Shown here: piece after piece, positions 58,458 through 61,350 of the stretch | Position numbering within the stretch: the stretch's first letter is position 1 | How the letters are laid out: each line of letters begins with the position of its first letter | Assembly (NCBI GenBank): GCA_937968125.1 | Contig: CALBUI010000046.1 | Coordinates: 1 to 61,350, forward strand | DNA length: 61,350 bases | Reading direction: 5' to 3' | Origin: an uncultured Anaerolineales bacterium | GTDB taxonomy: Bacteria > Chloroflexota > Anaerolineae > Anaerolineales > UBA4823 | Notes under the pieces: generated by a model | Database searches by the model: none | What the model was told of the DNA's origin: nothing | What the model saw: the letters and a program-made list of their open reading frames with translations, nothing else | Program-made: the position numbers and the translations under genes

Positions 58458-59543
58458 TTAGGCTTCCAGCTCTTCTTCAGGAATTTCCAGCTCTTCGTCC
58501 TCAACGACCGCCATCGGCAGTATCCCGCTGAGGGTTTGCTGGCGAATCGCCAGGTCGATCTCTTCCATCATGTCCAGATTTTCACGCAAGAATCCTTTGG
58601 CATTTTCGCGACCCTGCCCGAGTCGGATGTCGCCATAAGAATAGAAAGAACCGCGTTTATCAATTAATCCTAATTCCACTGCCAGGTCGAGAATATCGCC
58701 GGATTTTGATATGCCTTCGTTGTACATGATGTCAAATTCAGCTGTCCTGAACGGCGGGGCGACTTTGTTCTTGACCACCCTTACGCGGGTCCGGTTACCG
58801 ATGATCTCAGAACCTAGTTTTATCGATTGGATCCGGCGTACATCCAAGCGAACAGAAGAGTAGAATTTAAGTGCCATACCACCAGTGGTCGTCTCCGGAT
58901 TACCGAACATAACCCCGATTTTCTGGCGCAGCTGGTTGGTGAAGACCACTGAAGTGTTAGTCTGTTTTATCGCTCCGGAAAGTTTTCGCAACGCCTGGGA
59001 CATCAAACGGGCTTGCATACCCATCGGTGAATCGCCCATATCGCCTTCAATTTCAGCACGGGGGACCAGGGCTGCCACCGAATCGATGACAACGATATCG
59101 ACTGCACCGGATCGCACCAGGGTCTCAGTGATCTCGAGGGCTTGTTCGCCCATATCGGGTTGGGAGATTAACAAACTATCTACATTAACCCCACAACGGG
59201 CAGCATAAGATGGATCTAAGGCATGTTCCATATCGATGAACGCACAGGTGCCGCCCAGGCTTTGCGCTTCCGCGACGATGTGCTGGCAGATGGTCGTTTT
59301 ACCGGATGACTCAGGTCCATAAATTTCAGTAATCCGGCCACGTGGAATCCCTCCGGTTCCAAGGGCGATATCCAGTGATAGAGAACCTGTGGGAATGATG
59401 TCGACATCTAGCAGGTGAGATTCTCCAAGGCGCATGATCGTGCCGTCGCCATAACGCTTGGTAAGATCGCCGATAGCCTTGTCCAATGCAACCTGTCGGG
59501 ATTCGTCAATTGCTTCAGGGGTGGGTGATTTCTTACGGGCCAT
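58458..59543 (-). CDS. recA: Recombinase RecA
   Basis: [36 protein letters not shown]. Confidence 0.99.
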   Translation of the reverse strand: MARKKSPTPEAIDESRQVALDKAIGDLTKRYGDGTIMRLGESHLLDVDIIPTGSLSLDIALGTGGIPRGRITEIYGPESSGKTTICQHIVAEAQSLGGTCAFIDMEHALDPSYAARCGVNVDSLLISQPDMGEQALEITETLVRSGAVDIVVIDSVAALVPRAEIEGDMGDSPMGMQARLMSQALRKLSGAIKQTNTSVVFTNQLRQKIGVMFGNPETTTGGMALKFYSSVRLDVRRIQSIKLGSEIIGNRTRVRVVKNKVAPPFRTAEFDIMYNEGISKSGDILDLAVELGLIDKRGSFYSYGDIRLGQGRENAKGFLRENLDMMEEIDLAIRQQTLSGILPMAVVEDEELEIPEEELEA

Positions 59544-59663
59544 TTAATAATTCTCCTCTAGAAGGGGACTTTTATTCAATTGGGATTGTATCTGGTAGTG
59601 GAGATTATCGCAATCCAATAGGTTGGAGGTTAATCTTAAATTGGTGCTTTGATCTCACCCCTA

Positions 59664-59691
59664 AGTTTAGCACAGATGTTCTGTTTGTCAA
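59664..59691 (-). promoter_or_regulatory. recA promoter with LexA box
   Basis: Minus strand TTGACA-N16-TAAACT; AGAAC-ATCT-GTGCT (59669-59682, one mismatch) lies in the spacer. Confidence 0.85.
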
Positions 59692-60860
59692 GGGGTCTGC
59701 GGGGGATCAAAATCGGCCCCCGGCAGGGGTGGCGCCTCATTGGTAAACCCGCTGCGACCGCGAAATGTAAAGTATGTCACCAGGCCAGGATAGATGTCAA
59801 TCTCTCGCCGATAAATTCTGGAAAGATAGTTGATTTGGATCTCGTATCGCCCCGCTGGTAAATCACTAATCACTAAATTTTCCAGGTAATATGGATCGGA
59901 ATTGATTGTGCCCCCATGGTAAGAATTCGCGCGCCAGAACTGCTCACTTTCCGGTGGTCTCACGATCACCAACTGACCTTTGACTTTTCTTCCCCCGGTG
60001 TTCATCACCCGCCCGGCTAACAGCCCCCATCCTTGAGGCGGCACTAACCATAATTCCGGATTTCGGGTGGAGAAAAATCCCTGTCCAGACTCGTCCAGGC
60101 GGACTTCAAAGTGCAGGTGTGGGCCAGAGGTCGCCCCAGTCTTGCCGCTGAGACCGAGTAAATCGCCGGCTTCAACTTGTTGATCCTTTTCCACAAATAC
60201 CTGATCGAGGTGAGCGTAAACGGTGTAGACGAGTGCGCCCTGATAACCGAAACTGTGCCGGATCATGACAGCATTACCATAAGGATCATCTGGATCATAT
60301 CTCCCGGCAAACAATCCATATCCCGCCCAGGTCACTTTTCCCGGCCCGGCCGCGATGATCGGAGTTCCGACCGGAATTTTTATATCCATCCCGCTGTGGA
60401 CCACATCTTCAAAGAAGGAACCGCCGTAGCGGTAATCTTCCACCGGCCAGCCAGTTTCGTTAACTGCATATGGGCGGGAGAAATAGAAATGATCAAATGG
60501 GGTCAGCGCCAAAGGAACTGGATATAAGGGTGGTCGCCAGCCTGATACCATTTCCTGGTTGGGAGCAGAAAATTCAATCTCTAATGGTTCAAGCGCGGAT
60601 ACAGGGACGGGATTTTCTGATTTGACTGCAATTTCTTGGAGGGGTTTTTTTACCTTGATGCTTTCCTGAACCTTGGGCGCCGGAATAGGAACGCTTACCA
60701 CAGGTGTTGAAGTTGCTGGAGGTTGGGTGGCGGTCGGGGGGAGGGCAGTTGCCGTTGGTACTTGTGTAGCGGTGGGTTCAGGAGCCTGGCAAGCTGCACA
60801 GATCAACAGGATGATGGTTAATAACCATACAGTATTTGGAACTCTTCGCCGGGTAATCAT
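59688..60860 (-). CDS. M23 peptidase lipoprotein
   Basis: Lipobox ICAAC, Pro/Thr linker, HSGMD and HLH motifs; ATG 60860 overlaps the upstream TGA. Confidence 0.9.
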   Translation of the reverse strand: MITRRRVPNTVWLLTIILLICAACQAPEPTATQVPTATALPPTATQPPATSTPVVSVPIPAPKVQESIKVKKPLQEIAVKSENPVPVSALEPLEIEFSAPNQEMVSGWRPPLYPVPLALTPFDHFYFSRPYAVNETGWPVEDYRYGGSFFEDVVHSGMDIKIPVGTPIIAAGPGKVTWAGYGLFAGRYDPDDPYGNAVMIRHSFGYQGALVYTVYAHLDQVFVEKDQQVEAGDLLGLSGKTGATSGPHLHFEVRLDESGQGFFSTRNPELWLVPPQGWGLLAGRVMNTGGRKVKGQLVIVRPPESEQFWRANSYHGGTINSDPYYLENLVISDLPAGRYEIQINYLSRIYRREIDIYPGLVTYFTFRGRSGFTNEAPPLPGADFDPPQTP

Positions 60861-61350
60861 GGCGCGGGGGGCCAACTCGGGGTCCGGGTTGGCGTTAATG
60901 TTGGTGGCAGGATTGGGGTGGGCGTGACCAGGTATTCTGCTGGGTAAAGATCGTTCATCGCACCCTGCCAGGATTTATCAGCAGGGATGACAAATTCGTT
61001 GAAACGGGCAGCGAAGAATGCCGACTGCCAGGTGGGTAAGGCTGGCAAGCGCTGCCAGCCAAGTGCCTGGGCGATCTCAGTGAAATCTACCCAATATCCA
61101 GCCGGATTTCCTAACCCCATCTCCCCACCTTGCTCGTAAAAGAGGGGGTCACCGGTGTAGCGCGCATTAAATACCCAGGGCACAGCCAACAAAGGTTTCC
61201 CCTGAGAACCGTTTTGGAAGCGCGCCTTTACATAGACCCGCCAAAAAGTTTCATGACCATAAATCTCTGGCACTATCGCCAACCAGCCTCCGTTCATCGG
61301 CAAAGTATCAAAGGCAAACGCCCGGCCGGTATACAGCCAGTCATTTCCCA
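60857..61350 (-). CDS. C-terminal part of an uncharacterised protein (truncated by window edge)
   Basis: Frame stays open to the window end; ends in a Pro/Thr-rich tail. Confidence 0.75.
   Translation of the reverse strand, partial: GNDWLYTGRAFAFDTLPMNGGWLAIVPEIYGHETFWRVYVKARFQNGSQGKPLLAVPWVFNARYTGDPLFYEQGGEMGLGNPAGYWVDFTEIAQALGWQRLPALPTWQSAFFAARFNEFVIPADKSWQGAMNDLYPAEYLVTPTPILPPTLTPTRTPSWPPAP

Noticed and set aside
60857-60875. Frameshift joining the last two minus-strand ORFs
   Set aside because: An ordinary ATGA stop/start overlap; the downstream ORF has its own lipoprotein signal

Overview
A 61-kb bacterial chromosome segment, inferred to be Chloroflexota (Anaerolineae-like) from gene content, GAAC-N4-GTTC SOS boxes, a C-terminal YIPLVLR-type motif and NBR1-Ig and toast-rack lipoproteins. 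It is mostly housekeeping: rtcB+archease, an FHA/mtnP/SEDS-PBP cluster, sodA, ftsK-pgsA-lgt, tyrS, mtnA-adenosine kinase-ahcY, fabL/fabF/fabH, ftsH, efp, tRNA-Arg(TCT), tpx-hsp20-lon, lepB and recA. I saw no transposase, integrase, prophage or CRISPR array. The strongest candidate for an uncharacterised system is a three-gene cassette at 22.3-23.75 kb. It has a perfect SOS box inside a near-consensus promoter, then an RHH-like/LuxR-HTH regulator, a Walker-A-less RecA/RadA-fold protein and a small helical protein of the type that accompanies PolB2 polymerases, but no polymerase. Other notable items: an intact SEDS glycosyltransferase fused to a catalytically dead transpeptidase; an Arg32 (PGRG) EF-P followed by an 8-Cys protein; a PHP-Schlafen(AlbA_2)-unknown fusion; a perfect 17-bp palindrome on the promoter of the SAM-recycling operon; and an uncharacterised gene pair with predicted DNA-binding folds. 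All family calls come from motif recognition by eye; no searches were run.
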